From positions 5,430,001 to 5,462,000 of the forward strand of contig NZ_RSDW01000001.1 of NCBI RefSeq assembly GCF_003945235.1: 32,000 bases of DNA. Reading direction: 5' to 3'. Position 1 is the first letter of the stretch. Each line of letters opens with the position of its first letter. The notes under the pieces were generated by a model, which had not been told where the DNA came from, searched no databases, and saw nothing but the letters and a program-made list of their open reading frames with translations. The position numbers and the translations under genes were made by a program. Positions 15,015-23,115 of the stretch are shown piece after piece. Source of the stretch: Edaphobacter aggregans (lineage in GTDB: Bacteria; Acidobacteriota; Terriglobia; Terriglobales; Acidobacteriaceae).

Positions 15015-17717
15015 TTAGAAGTTTAAACTTACCTGTCCGGTGAAGGCCCGGGGCGAGACATAGTGGGTTCCCGAGAAGGTGGAGAGGAAGTTGTAGAGGG
15101 CGAATTTATTGGTGACGTTAATTGCGCTAAGACGAAGCCCGACTTTGTATCTGTCGCCATGAAAGAGATTGTCTTCTCCAAGTGCGATGTCAAAGAGGTT
15201 TCGTGGCGCGATTCGCTGCGGGTTGTGGTCATCATCCTCAGTGTTGGGTTTTGGGATATTGATGAGACTTGAGGTGAGACCGTTCGCATCGCACTGCGTA
15301 AAGCCTGAGGTGGGTGTGGCTCTTATGCCGTCGCAGGCCAGTCCTGCCTGGAACTGCTGGTCAGGCGTAAGGCCGCTCAGGTCGATTCCCGGCTGGCCAT
15401 TAGGCAGGGTGATGGAGGTGCTTCCGCAGCCCGTGTTGAGGCCGATAGTGTTGTAGCAGGGCACCGCGCCTGCGACGAGACCGTTGTCATAACGCCAGTT
15501 GAAGCCGAGCCAGGTGCTCTTGCGGAAGGGCAAGGTGTACTGCAGGTGCGTGGTCTGGTTGAATTTCTCGTCGTGATCGATGCGGAACGGCAAGCCGCCT
15601 GGAGTGCTGACGGTTGCGCCTACGCCGCCGATCTGCGGATTGAAGAAGCGCGCCGCTACTGACGACATTACGACGAAGGCGCTGATGCCATGCGTTTCGG
15701 GAACGCTCACACGGAGCGCATAGCCCGGGATCTTCGAGTTATGCCATTCGATGGGGAAGGTAATGGGGGTTGCGCCCAGCACGCTGAAGTCATAGGCGTT
15801 GTGCGTGTACTTCCAGATGTAGTCTCCGCTAAAGACGAGATGCCTGCCGAACGCCTGCTGCAGGCCGGCGTGGAACTCATTCCGGAAGCCCGGATTGAAC
15901 GGCGCCGGAGTGCACTGGCCGAGCGTTTCGAAGACAGCCTGCAGTACAGGATCAACACAGCCCTTAACCGAGAGGACCAGATTCTCATTGAAGGGGGTTT
16001 CCATGGTTCTTGCGTAGGAGAGGCGCAGTACCGTGTTGGTCTGCTTGATGGTGTAGGAGGTTCCGACACGGGGCTGAGCCTGACGCTCGACGGAGAGACC
16101 GTTGTAAAGATCACCGCGAATACCGACATTGAAGACCCAGTTGCCGGCGGTGATCTGATCCTGCACGTACATGGCTAGCTGCTTGACAGCTGTCTGGCCA
16201 TGCCAAGAATAGATGGTGCCACCGCGAGTGAGGTCAATCGGCAGAAGGATTGGATTGAAGCCTGCGTTCGGCTGGTAGCCGAGCGAGGAAGGGCACTTGC
16301 TAGGGTCGTTGAAGCCGATCACCGGATTGCCGTCCGCGTCCAGGCAGGGCGAGTTCAGTGTCGGATCGATGACGCCGATGTTGTTGTTCTCGCGAAGGTA
16401 GGTCTGTTCATACACAGCGCCAAACTTCATGTTGTGGATGCCCTTGATGTACGAGAGATCGGTGCGCAGGCCGGCGTTGGTCAACGAACGGGTCTGTGCG
16501 ACGGTCTCCTGCTGGATGGGGCCGAGATCGGCCAGTGGATTATTGCTGGGGAAGTAGTTGAAGGCGTCCTTGCGGACGAAGCCGCCGAAGTTGAAGATCG
16601 TATCCTTATTGATGATGCGCGTGTAAGTTGGTGCTATGTTGTAGGTCTCGATCTTGGAGCGTTGATCCGCAGGCCCAACCGGGTTGCCGAACTGATCTAA
16701 AACCGCGGATGTGTCGAAGGAATTCGGTGTCTGGAACCAGGAGCGGGTGTATTGCAGGTTGGTGTGGACGGAAGATTTATCCGAGAACTGGTAGTCCACA
16801 CGATCAAAGATGTTTTGTTGGTTGCCCCTACTGTGTATGACCGTGAACTCGGGGCCATCGAGAAAGCGGCCGGTATTCAAACCGCTGACCGCGAGGAAGT
16901 TACCCCAGTGGGTGTTGCCGTATGAGAGATCGCCTCCGCCGTTCGCGCTACCGAAGGTTCCGTAAGAACCGTAGATACTGCCGTGGGGTGTCGTAACACC
17001 CTGGCCGGAGCGGGTGGTGGCAACGATGACGAGGCTGGTTTTGTCTCCGAACTCAGCGGGTGGCGCTCCGCTGATGACCGTGAGCGACTGAACGGCTTCC
17101 ATGGGGAGTTGGTTGGAAAACACCTTGCTCTGCTGGTCCGTGATCGGCTGTCCGTCCACAGAGAAGGAGTTTTGGGCATGATCGCCGAGACCATGGAAGA
17201 GGCCGTTGGAGTCAGCGGCAACACCGGGAGAGGCCAGCGTCACGAGCGAACTGAGTGAAGACGACTGGCTCTCGAGGGGAAGGCGATCGATGATGTGACG
17301 GTCCACATCCGTATGGGCGGTCGGATCGTTCTCGATCAGGTCAGAGCCGGTTTCTACCGTGACGCTGGTGGAAGTCGTCTCGACACCGAGGCGAATTGAC
17401 ACCGTCACAGGCACGCCGGAGGCAATGTCTACCGTTTGAGTCGCGCTGCTGAAGCCGGTCACGTTAAAGACGAGGCGGTAAGGGTTATAGGGGACGTTAT
17501 AGAAGTGATACGTTCCGGCCGCATCCGTCTTCGTTGTGCGTTCGTATCCGCTGACGGGATTCAAAAGCTGAACGGTGACGCCAGGTACAACCGCTCCGCT
17601 GGGGTCTGTCACTGTGCCAGTCAAATTGCCTGAGGTGCCCTGGGCCAGTGCTCCAGTAACAAGAAGAGCCAGTGAGAAAAGAAGTAATGGAAGTCGAGTG
17701 AGAATAGGCCTGCACAT
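15015..17717 (-). CDS. TonB-dependent receptor with N-terminal carboxypeptidase-regulatory-like domain
   Basis: The track ORF extends to 17792, but the ATG at 17717 gives MCRPILTRLPLLLFSLALLVTGALAQ, a signal peptide. This is followed by GNLTGTVTDPSGAVVPGVTVQL...TDAAGTYHFYNVPYNPYRL (CarboxypepD_reg fold), a plug region (DRLPLE...GLGDHAQNSFSVDGQPITD), a long beta-barrel and a C-terminal aromatic ...GQVSLNF. Confidence 0.9.
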   Translation of the reverse strand: MCRPILTRLPLLLFSLALLVTGALAQGTSGNLTGTVTDPSGAVVPGVTVQLLNPVSGYERTTKTDAAGTYHFYNVPYNPYRLVFNVTGFSSATQTVDIASGVPVTVSIRLGVETTSTSVTVETGSDLIENDPTAHTDVDRHIIDRLPLESQSSSLSSLVTLASPGVAADSNGLFHGLGDHAQNSFSVDGQPITDQQSKVFSNQLPMEAVQSLTVISGAPPAEFGDKTSLVIVATTRSGQGVTTPHGSIYGSYGTFGSANGGGDLSYGNTHWGNFLAVSGLNTGRFLDGPEFTVIHSRGNQQNIFDRVDYQFSDKSSVHTNLQYTRSWFQTPNSFDTSAVLDQFGNPVGPADQRSKIETYNIAPTYTRIINKDTIFNFGGFVRKDAFNYFPSNNPLADLGPIQQETVAQTRSLTNAGLRTDLSYIKGIHNMKFGAVYEQTYLRENNNIGVIDPTLNSPCLDADGNPVIGFNDPSKCPSSLGYQPNAGFNPILLPIDLTRGGTIYSWHGQTAVKQLAMYVQDQITAGNWVFNVGIRGDLYNGLSVERQAQPRVGTSYTIKQTNTVLRLSYARTMETPFNENLVLSVKGCVDPVLQAVFETLGQCTPAPFNPGFRNEFHAGLQQAFGRHLVFSGDYIWKYTHNAYDFSVLGATPITFPIEWHNSKIPGYALRVSVPETHGISAFVVMSSVAARFFNPQIGGVGATVSTPGGLPFRIDHDEKFNQTTHLQYTLPFRKSTWLGFNWRYDNGLVAGAVPCYNTIGLNTGCGSTSITLPNGQPGIDLSGLTPDQQFQAGLACDGIRATPTSGFTQCDANGLTSSLINIPKPNTEDDDHNPQRIAPRNLFDIALGEDNLFHGDRYKVGLRLSAINVTNKFALYNFLSTFSGTHYVSPRAFTGQVSLNF

Positions 17718-17845
17718 AGGAATAACTCCTGTCGAGCTCGAATGAGCGTGCTGAAAAGCGCTGTCTCGTGCCAAAGGGGGGCACGAAATCACAGGGAGGA
17801 CAGGTCCTTTAAATTGTTCTGAAGAATCCTGACGCCTGCAGGAAA

Positions 17846-18202
17846 CTAAGCGCAGTTTTGGTCAGCAGGAGGTGGGCGGCTGGCCATCTCGAATCGCCAC
17901 CGGAAGATTCGCTCGGCATCGGCCGCCGCAGAATCCAGGGCGTGGACGAGCAGCATCGGGGTAGGAGCAGAGTGTAGTGACACAGGCAAGGCGGAGTGCA
18001 TCGCTACACAAAGCGGGCAATGGTCGTCCGAGGACGGACCGTTATTGCCAGAGTGCTGCTTTATAGGAGAAAACTGATCATGCGCGTGAAAGGCCTGGAT
18101 CGTACTCATCACGCAGATCATGACGAGGCAGGCAATCGCAAACAGGCGCAGCCATAGCGGCCACTTCCGTTCGTACCATCCGCCTTGGAACATGTTTTGC
18201 AT
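17846..18202 (-). CDS. DUF2946-like membrane-anchored Cys/His protein
   Basis: 118 aa. An N-terminal TM (LWLRLFAIACLVMICVMSTIQAF) is followed by HAHD and DDHCPLCVAMHSALP, then APTPMLL and a C-terminal SRPPP. The HCP(L/F)C...H...LP plus terminal RxPP pattern is what I recall for DUF2946 proteins encoded beside TonB-dependent copper receptors. It lies 128 nt upstream of the receptor gene on the same strand. Confidence 0.6.
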   Translation of the reverse strand: MQNMFQGGWYERKWPLWLRLFAIACLVMICVMSTIQAFHAHDQFSPIKQHSGNNGPSSDDHCPLCVAMHSALPVSLHSAPTPMLLVHALDSAAADAERIFRWRFEMASRPPPADQNCA

Positions 18203-18376
18203 TTATTACCGCTGTTGTCTCACGTTGTAGCATATTTTAGCGGCGATGACTATTCGGAGCACAGTCACCGCCTTTACGACGTCCAATTTCTAGCTCTCCT
18301 GTATTGCTGAGAGGTAGTAATGGGTTTGCAGCCGTACCATCCCAGAAACCGTCGCAACGGGAGTACCCGATGTTTG

Positions 18377-18404
18377 TCGCATATCATTCTGTTCGCATAT
18401 CATT
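18377..18404 (+). repeat. perfect tandem direct repeat TCGCATATCATT-N4-TCGCATATCATT
   Basis: Copies at 18377-18388 and 18393-18404 are identical 12-mers with a 16-bp period. The repeat ends 8 nt before the ATG at 18413. Confidence 0.5.
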
Positions 18405-18412
18405 GTGGATGA

Positions 18413-18757
18413 ATGGAGCGTGGCACTCTCACAATTCGAACCTCTGCTTGGCTGCTTTGCGCGGTTTTGGCGTGCCTGTCGCTCTTTCCTCCTCATTGCG
18501 ATCTCTGCGATGGTGTGCACTCAACGAGCATTGCTGCTTCCTCGCTGCAGTCCACCGCCGACCATCCTGCTCCGATCGCTCCGGATGACTGCAATGGTAT
18601 CTGCGCGTGCTGCGGGTTTCATTGGATGCCGATTCATACCGACCTGCTCATCTCGATGGGATTACTGGGTACATATCCGGCCGCTCCAACACCACTTCCT
18701 GTCCTGATTGCGCCGTCTTCGCAGTTTCGACCACCCCGAACCTCGGTTTCCTCGTAG
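18413..18757 (+). CDS. second DUF2946-like Cys/His-rich membrane-anchored small protein
   Basis: 114 aa. Of three overlapping + frames, this one has a TM/signal (SAWLLCAVLACLSLF) followed by PPHCDLCDGVHS, PDDCNGICACCGFHWMP, AAPTPLPVLI and a C-terminal FRPPR. These parallel the motifs of the 17846-18202 protein. Confidence 0.5.
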   Translation: MERGTLTIRTSAWLLCAVLACLSLFPPHCDLCDGVHSTSIAASSLQSTADHPAPIAPDDCNGICACCGFHWMPIHTDLLISMGLLGTYPAAPTPLPVLIAPSSQFRPPRTSVSS

Positions 18758-18815
18758 CTCGTCGGAGTCGCGCCTTTCCTAGGCGTGGACAACACAGCAC
18801 AAATGGAGCCTTGGT

Positions 18816-19652
18816 ATGCGAGTTCGTATGTTCACGCTCATAGGATCGTGCCTCTTTTCCTTGTCGGTTTTCCCTGCACACGGTCAGTCAGTAGAAGCTG
18901 AGATTCCGACCGCAAATCCCGGTCGTCCAACCGTCTCTACCCCCGCTACCCTGACGCCGATTGGCTATTTGCAGTTTGAAAATGGGACGCTCTACGCTTC
19001 GGACTCTCAAGAATTTTCAAGACGAGCCAGCATTAATCAAGTCACGAAGTTCACGGTGCTGCCTCGCCTTCAACTCCTTGCGCTCACAGAACCTTTCGTC
19101 CACAGCACCGGAAACGGTAACCCAGATAACCGTCCAGGTGAAGTGTTCGCGGGACTTCAGGGAGTGTTGCTCGAAGGCCAGGGGCGGATGCCTACAGTGT
19201 CTATGAGCTACATCCGGCGGCTCTACGAGAGCCCTGCGCCGGAGATCGATATCGGCACCTCTCGCCAGAGCGCTCTCATTCTCATCAGCGAGGATCTGCT
19301 CGGCTTTCACTTCGACGTAAACGGCATAGTGACGGAACAGGCAGATGGAACGATTCGGCGAGCCCAGATAGGCCAAACGCTTTCCATCTCGCATCCGACA
19401 GGGAAGTTCACTCTCTCTGGAGAGTTGTGGCACTTTTCGCAACCGCTCACAGCCGGGAACGCAGTCGGCTCGCTATTCGCCGTTGCCTATCCGGTTAAGC
19501 CTAATCTGGTAGTGGACGCCGGTCTCAATCATGGATGGACGAGTACGAGCACAAAATGGGAAGGTTTCGCTGGGTTCACCTATGTGCTGCCGCATCGATT
19601 CTGGAAGGCGAAGGGAAAGAGTCGGGATAATGATCGTTCCAGCTCGCAGTAG
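18816..19652 (+). CDS. outer-membrane beta-barrel protein, MetA-pathway/transporter (Phenol_MetA_deg-like) family
   Basis: 278 aa with signal peptide MFTLIGSCLFSLSVFPAHGQ. The N-terminal motif NPGRPTVSTPATLTPIGYLQFENG matches the (D)RPGxxxSxxxVxxGxxQxExG family signature. Alternating beta-strand pattern follows, ending FAGFTYVLPHRFW near the C-terminus. Confidence 0.7.
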   Translation: MRVRMFTLIGSCLFSLSVFPAHGQSVEAEIPTANPGRPTVSTPATLTPIGYLQFENGTLYASDSQEFSRRASINQVTKFTVLPRLQLLALTEPFVHSTGNGNPDNRPGEVFAGLQGVLLEGQGRMPTVSMSYIRRLYESPAPEIDIGTSRQSALILISEDLLGFHFDVNGIVTEQADGTIRRAQIGQTLSISHPTGKFTLSGELWHFSQPLTAGNAVGSLFAVAYPVKPNLVVDAGLNHGWTSTSTKWEGFAGFTYVLPHRFWKAKGKSRDNDRSSSQ

Positions 19653-20018
19653 AGCCGATTCCGAAGTTCTACGCCTGCAATTTATAACATTAGGCTGGAT
19701 GCTAATAGAGTCCTCACCTCCGTCAATCCGGTCCGGCAACGAAACGTGCAATCGGTTTGGCCGGGCTAGCGAAAGCTAAGATCCGTGGGCATGATGCATG
19801 CTGGCTGCGGTGCTATTGAGGGAAGAGTCTTCGAGCCATCGGAAGCAGGGAACTAAGGTGCGAGGATTCAGATGCGGGGTCTGCTCATCCACGGCCATGA
19901 TCGAGAACAGAACTTCGTCAAATTCTTCGTCAAATTGTGCGCCCCAGGGACTCCAAATACCCCTGTGCGCTCCTGCTAATCCATTGAAAACACATGTGCT
20001 CCGGCCTTCAGGAACCGC

Positions 20019-20060
20019 CTGTTAACCGATGGGTTGTAGGTTCGAGTCCTACCTCAGGAC
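20019..20060 (+). other. tRNA-Asn(GTT) 3' fragment (anticodon loop to acceptor end), att-like scar
   Basis: The parts are: CTGTTAA (anticodon loop, GTT), CCGAT (3' anticodon stem), GGGTT (variable loop), GTAGG-TTCGAGT-CCTAC (perfect T arm with a canonical T loop) and CTCAGGA (3' acceptor strand). The 75 nt upstream contain no D arm, no complementary acceptor strand TCCTGAG and no ATCGG partner for the anticodon stem. Confidence 0.55.
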
Positions 20061-20374
20061 GGGACCGCCGAAAGATCGCCCGTTGCGTTTTGCTCTTCAA
20101 TAGGAGCGGGTGTGAAGGTGGGAGATATGGAGTGGCCGGGCTTTGAAGCTGACGCTGGCCGGCTGAGATCTACCACGAGCAAGGCTTAATCATTGAGAAC
20201 TGCCTCCTCAACAATTTCGATATTCAGTGGACCCTTTTGGCCGCAGCCTGGGCATTCATACAACTCCGAGAGGCTGTCGCGTCTACTCAACTTCCCTCTT
20301 CGGTGCGAGTTCCTCAACCGGGACACCGATGAACGTCGATCAATAAACGAATTTGGTTCGTTCCATCCCCGTTT

Positions 20375-22846
20375 TCACAGGGATGCTCTTGGCGGGAGAT
20401 CTTCACTCCGTGTCGCCCACTCTTTATTCGGCGCAGCGCCCATTACGAACTCCAGTGTGCCACCCGCCGCAATCTCACTGTGCCGAATCCACGCACGCGA
20501 CAGTGGCTTTCCATTTAACTTTGCACTCTGAATATACGGGTGGTTGGGCGCCTGATTCTCTGCCGTGATCGCAAAAGTTGCTTCCTTGTACCATTTCTTA
20601 TCCAACTGAAGCCTGACTTTCGGAAAAAGTGGACTTCCAAGAATATAGATTCCTTCTCCAGGACACACAGGATAAAAGCCCATTGAGCTTAGGACATACC
20701 AGGCAGACATCTGGCCCACATCGTCATTACCGCAGATTCCATTAACATCGTTGTGGTAAGCATTCGTCAGGATACGGCGTACCCACTTTTGCGTAAGCCA
20801 AGGTTTGCCAGCATAAACAAAGAGGTACGGAGTATGGTGCACAGGTTCATTTGCATGATTGTAGTATTCGTTCCAGCCGAAGGATGACGGGGTCTTTTCA
20901 AAGAACGCCTCCAATTGCTCGGAGAACGACTCCCCGCCCCCCATCAGTTCGATAAGTCCGAAGACATCATGCGGAACGAACCACGTTTGCTGTAGTGGAT
21001 TGCTCTCTGTGCACCCTTGGCCAAATGTAGTCTTGCCCAGCCACGGAATCCAGTCGCCCTTGGCGTTTTTCCCACGCATACTCCCAACGCTCGGATCGTA
21101 GATATTCTTGTAGTTTGCTGCGCGGCCTGCAAACATTTGGGCGTCATCTTTCTTGCCCAACGCCAGAGCCAGACTAGCCATGCACCAATCGAAATATGAG
21201 TTATCCAGGGTCCAGGAAACTCCCGGTGAGGATGGCTGATCTGGCACATACCCATGCTCAATATAAAAACTATTCTCAGGACGGTTAGTAAATCCGTTCG
21301 GCCCCGCGGCTGTCTGCCTAGCTGCGGCGTATGCTTGGTCAATGTCGAATCCCGTGATTCCCTTCGAATATGCATCAAGAATCACAGAGGTTGCCGGATC
21401 CCCATCCATGCACCCGCTATAGGAATTCATAATCTCCCAGCGTTCGAGATATCCCTTCCCGGTGGACTCTGCGAGGTTAACGAGTGAATTAATTTCGTCG
21501 TTGACTATAGTCGCATTGAGCAGAGTCAGAAGCGGGAATTCTCCGCGATAGACATCCCACCCACTAAAGATCGTCCGCGGCGTGTATCTCGTCGCAGTGT
21601 GTATCTTGCCGTCGCCACCCACATAATTGCCGTCGATGTCCGAGATCACACGCGGATCGATCATCGAGTGGTACAGGGCAGTGTAGAAAATCTTGCTTTC
21701 AAACTCCAATGCACCCTCGATCTGTATGGCACTCAATGCGTCATCCCACAGCGCAACGCCCTTGCGGCGCGTCTCTTCGAAATCCCATCCCGGTATCTCG
21801 CGGGCCAAATTCTTGCGAGCGCCGTCCACGCTGACAAAACTGATGCCCGACTTCACCACCACTTTTTCGTCGATGAAAAGCGAAGGAAACTCGGCGAAGA
21901 AGCCGATATGATTGCCTTCATACTCGTTACAACCGCGCAGCACCTCTCCTCGCGTCACAAGGTCCTGATACTCGTCGGTATAGAAATATGACGTCGCCAG
22001 TCCCTGTTGCACGGGAAATGCATTGTCAGGAATGTCGATCTTCCAAACACCGTAGTGTTCAAGTGGCCTTGAGAACTCCATGTGGAAGTAGATGGTGTAG
22101 CTTACATTGCCCTCACCGTTGCCCCAACCGCCACCGGCGGAGGGGCAGCGCATCCAACCCTCGATCGCTCGATCTCCCACCACTTTTACAGACTGGCGTG
22201 TTGAAGTGCCTCCGATCCGGCGCGCCAGATTCAATTGAATGCGCGCCGTCTCATCCTTCGGATAGCTGAAGCGGAGCATTCCCGCGCGGGGCGCTGCAGT
22301 CAGCTCGGCCCGGATTCCATATTTCTCAAGCATTACTGCGTAGTAGTTTGCTTCAGCGCTTTCGTTTGCGTGACTGTAGGTGGAACGCCAGCCCTTATCG
22401 GGATGGTTGATCCGCCCACTGTCCAGTTTCATGGGGCCGGTCGTCGGCATCACCTGCAGATTGCCGAAATCACCATACCACCCCACACCGCTCATGTGCG
22501 TAAAGCTGAAGCCTTCAATCGTTGTGTGTTCGTAAGAGTATCCAGGACCGTTATCGCCTTCGAACGGGTTACCAGGTCCTTTAAGGCCCCCAGTAATCGT
22601 ATCCGGACTGAGTTGTACCATGCCAAATGGCGTCGTGGAACCTGGAAAAGTCTTGCCCGCTCCCAGCAATTCGCTGGTGCTTGCTCCGATGAATGGATTG
22701 ATAAAGCGCGATGCGCGATCCGGCTTTTTCAGGGGTTCCCCACGTAATCGGCACCTTAGCCATGACCCCGCGAGAGCCAAGATGGAGCCCTTCGCAAACG
22801 ATCTCCTCGATATCGACCACTTTTCATGTGGCTTAACGTGCTTCAT
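20375..22846 (-). CDS. GH92-family alpha-mannosidase, Tat-exported
   Basis: 823 aa. Twin-arginine signal is SISRRSFAKGSILALAGS. The GH92 N-terminal signature is FINPFIG...GKTFPGSTTPFGMVQLSPDT. Later conserved blocks include ERWEIMNSYSGCMDGDP and NEPVHHTPYLFVYAG. Confidence 0.92.
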   Translation of the reverse strand: MKHVKPHEKWSISRRSFAKGSILALAGSWLRCRLRGEPLKKPDRASRFINPFIGASTSELLGAGKTFPGSTTPFGMVQLSPDTITGGLKGPGNPFEGDNGPGYSYEHTTIEGFSFTHMSGVGWYGDFGNLQVMPTTGPMKLDSGRINHPDKGWRSTYSHANESAEANYYAVMLEKYGIRAELTAAPRAGMLRFSYPKDETARIQLNLARRIGGTSTRQSVKVVGDRAIEGWMRCPSAGGGWGNGEGNVSYTIYFHMEFSRPLEHYGVWKIDIPDNAFPVQQGLATSYFYTDEYQDLVTRGEVLRGCNEYEGNHIGFFAEFPSLFIDEKVVVKSGISFVSVDGARKNLAREIPGWDFEETRRKGVALWDDALSAIQIEGALEFESKIFYTALYHSMIDPRVISDIDGNYVGGDGKIHTATRYTPRTIFSGWDVYRGEFPLLTLLNATIVNDEINSLVNLAESTGKGYLERWEIMNSYSGCMDGDPATSVILDAYSKGITGFDIDQAYAAARQTAAGPNGFTNRPENSFYIEHGYVPDQPSSPGVSWTLDNSYFDWCMASLALALGKKDDAQMFAGRAANYKNIYDPSVGSMRGKNAKGDWIPWLGKTTFGQGCTESNPLQQTWFVPHDVFGLIELMGGGESFSEQLEAFFEKTPSSFGWNEYYNHANEPVHHTPYLFVYAGKPWLTQKWVRRILTNAYHNDVNGICGNDDVGQMSAWYVLSSMGFYPVCPGEGIYILGSPLFPKVRLQLDKKWYKEATFAITAENQAPNHPYIQSAKLNGKPLSRAWIRHSEIAAGGTLEFVMGAAPNKEWATRSEDLPPRASL

Positions 22847-23050
22847 TGTCTCGATCTCATGCGATCGATTATAGCGAATACAATCATGAACAATGATTTT
22901 ATTTGCATATTCGAATCGTAATATGAGATTCTACATCTCACGTTGTATCGCAGCTGAGGTTCGGGAGGTCGAGTTCCGATGTTTCGGTGTTGTTCGAATC
23001 TAAAACGTATGTTTCAGAAATAAAACGCGCGTTATCTATATATGCGACCT

Positions 23051-23062
23051 TTCGATCATGAT
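23051..23062 (+). promoter_or_regulatory. copy of the TTCGATCATnAT locus motif upstream of the PMI-like gene
   Basis: TTCGATCATGAT lies 54 nt upstream of the GTG at 23116. Degenerate relatives are ATCGATTATAGC (22864) and TTCGAATCGTAAT (22910), nearer the GH92 start. Confidence 0.35.
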
Positions 23063-23115
23063 GAGATCGCCCTGGCCGATTTGATTTCGGTGAAGTACGC
23101 TGAACGGAGTTCGAA

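Noticed and set aside
17718-17792. 25-codon N-terminal extension of the TonB-dependent receptor ORF (GTG at 17792)
   Set aside because: The extension (MISCPPLARDSAFQHAHSSSTGVIP) precedes a perfect signal peptide starting at the ATG at 17717 and contains the spacer hairpin. The shorter start is more plausible.
18304-18707. Two other overlapping + strand ORFs (94 aa and 100 aa) in the same region as the Cys-rich gene
   Set aside because: Neither shows a signal/TM segment or the ordered Cys/His/APTP/RPP motifs found in the 18413-18757 frame. All three frames being open is expected in GC-rich DNA.
19779-20055. Open minus-strand frame (…GAQFDEEFDEVLFSIMAVDEQTPHLNPRTLVPCFRWLEDS…) that might be a gene remnant next to the tRNA fragment
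   Set aside because: It has no start codon with an SD, I recognise no family, and it runs through the tRNA-like sequence. I cannot support it as a gene or pseudogene without a database search.
19975-20060. Possible complete tRNA gene
   Set aside because: Only the anticodon loop through the acceptor 3' strand fits. Upstream there is no TCCTGAG acceptor partner, no D arm (GCTCAGT..GGTAGAGC type), and the 5' anticodon stem does not pair (ACCGC versus CCGAT). I call it a fragment instead.
20193-20568. Plus-strand ORFs (112 aa and 71 aa) at the 3' end of the GH92 gene
   Set aside because: They overlap the GH92 coding region antisense, or lie in spacer DNA without an SD. Their translations are featureless.
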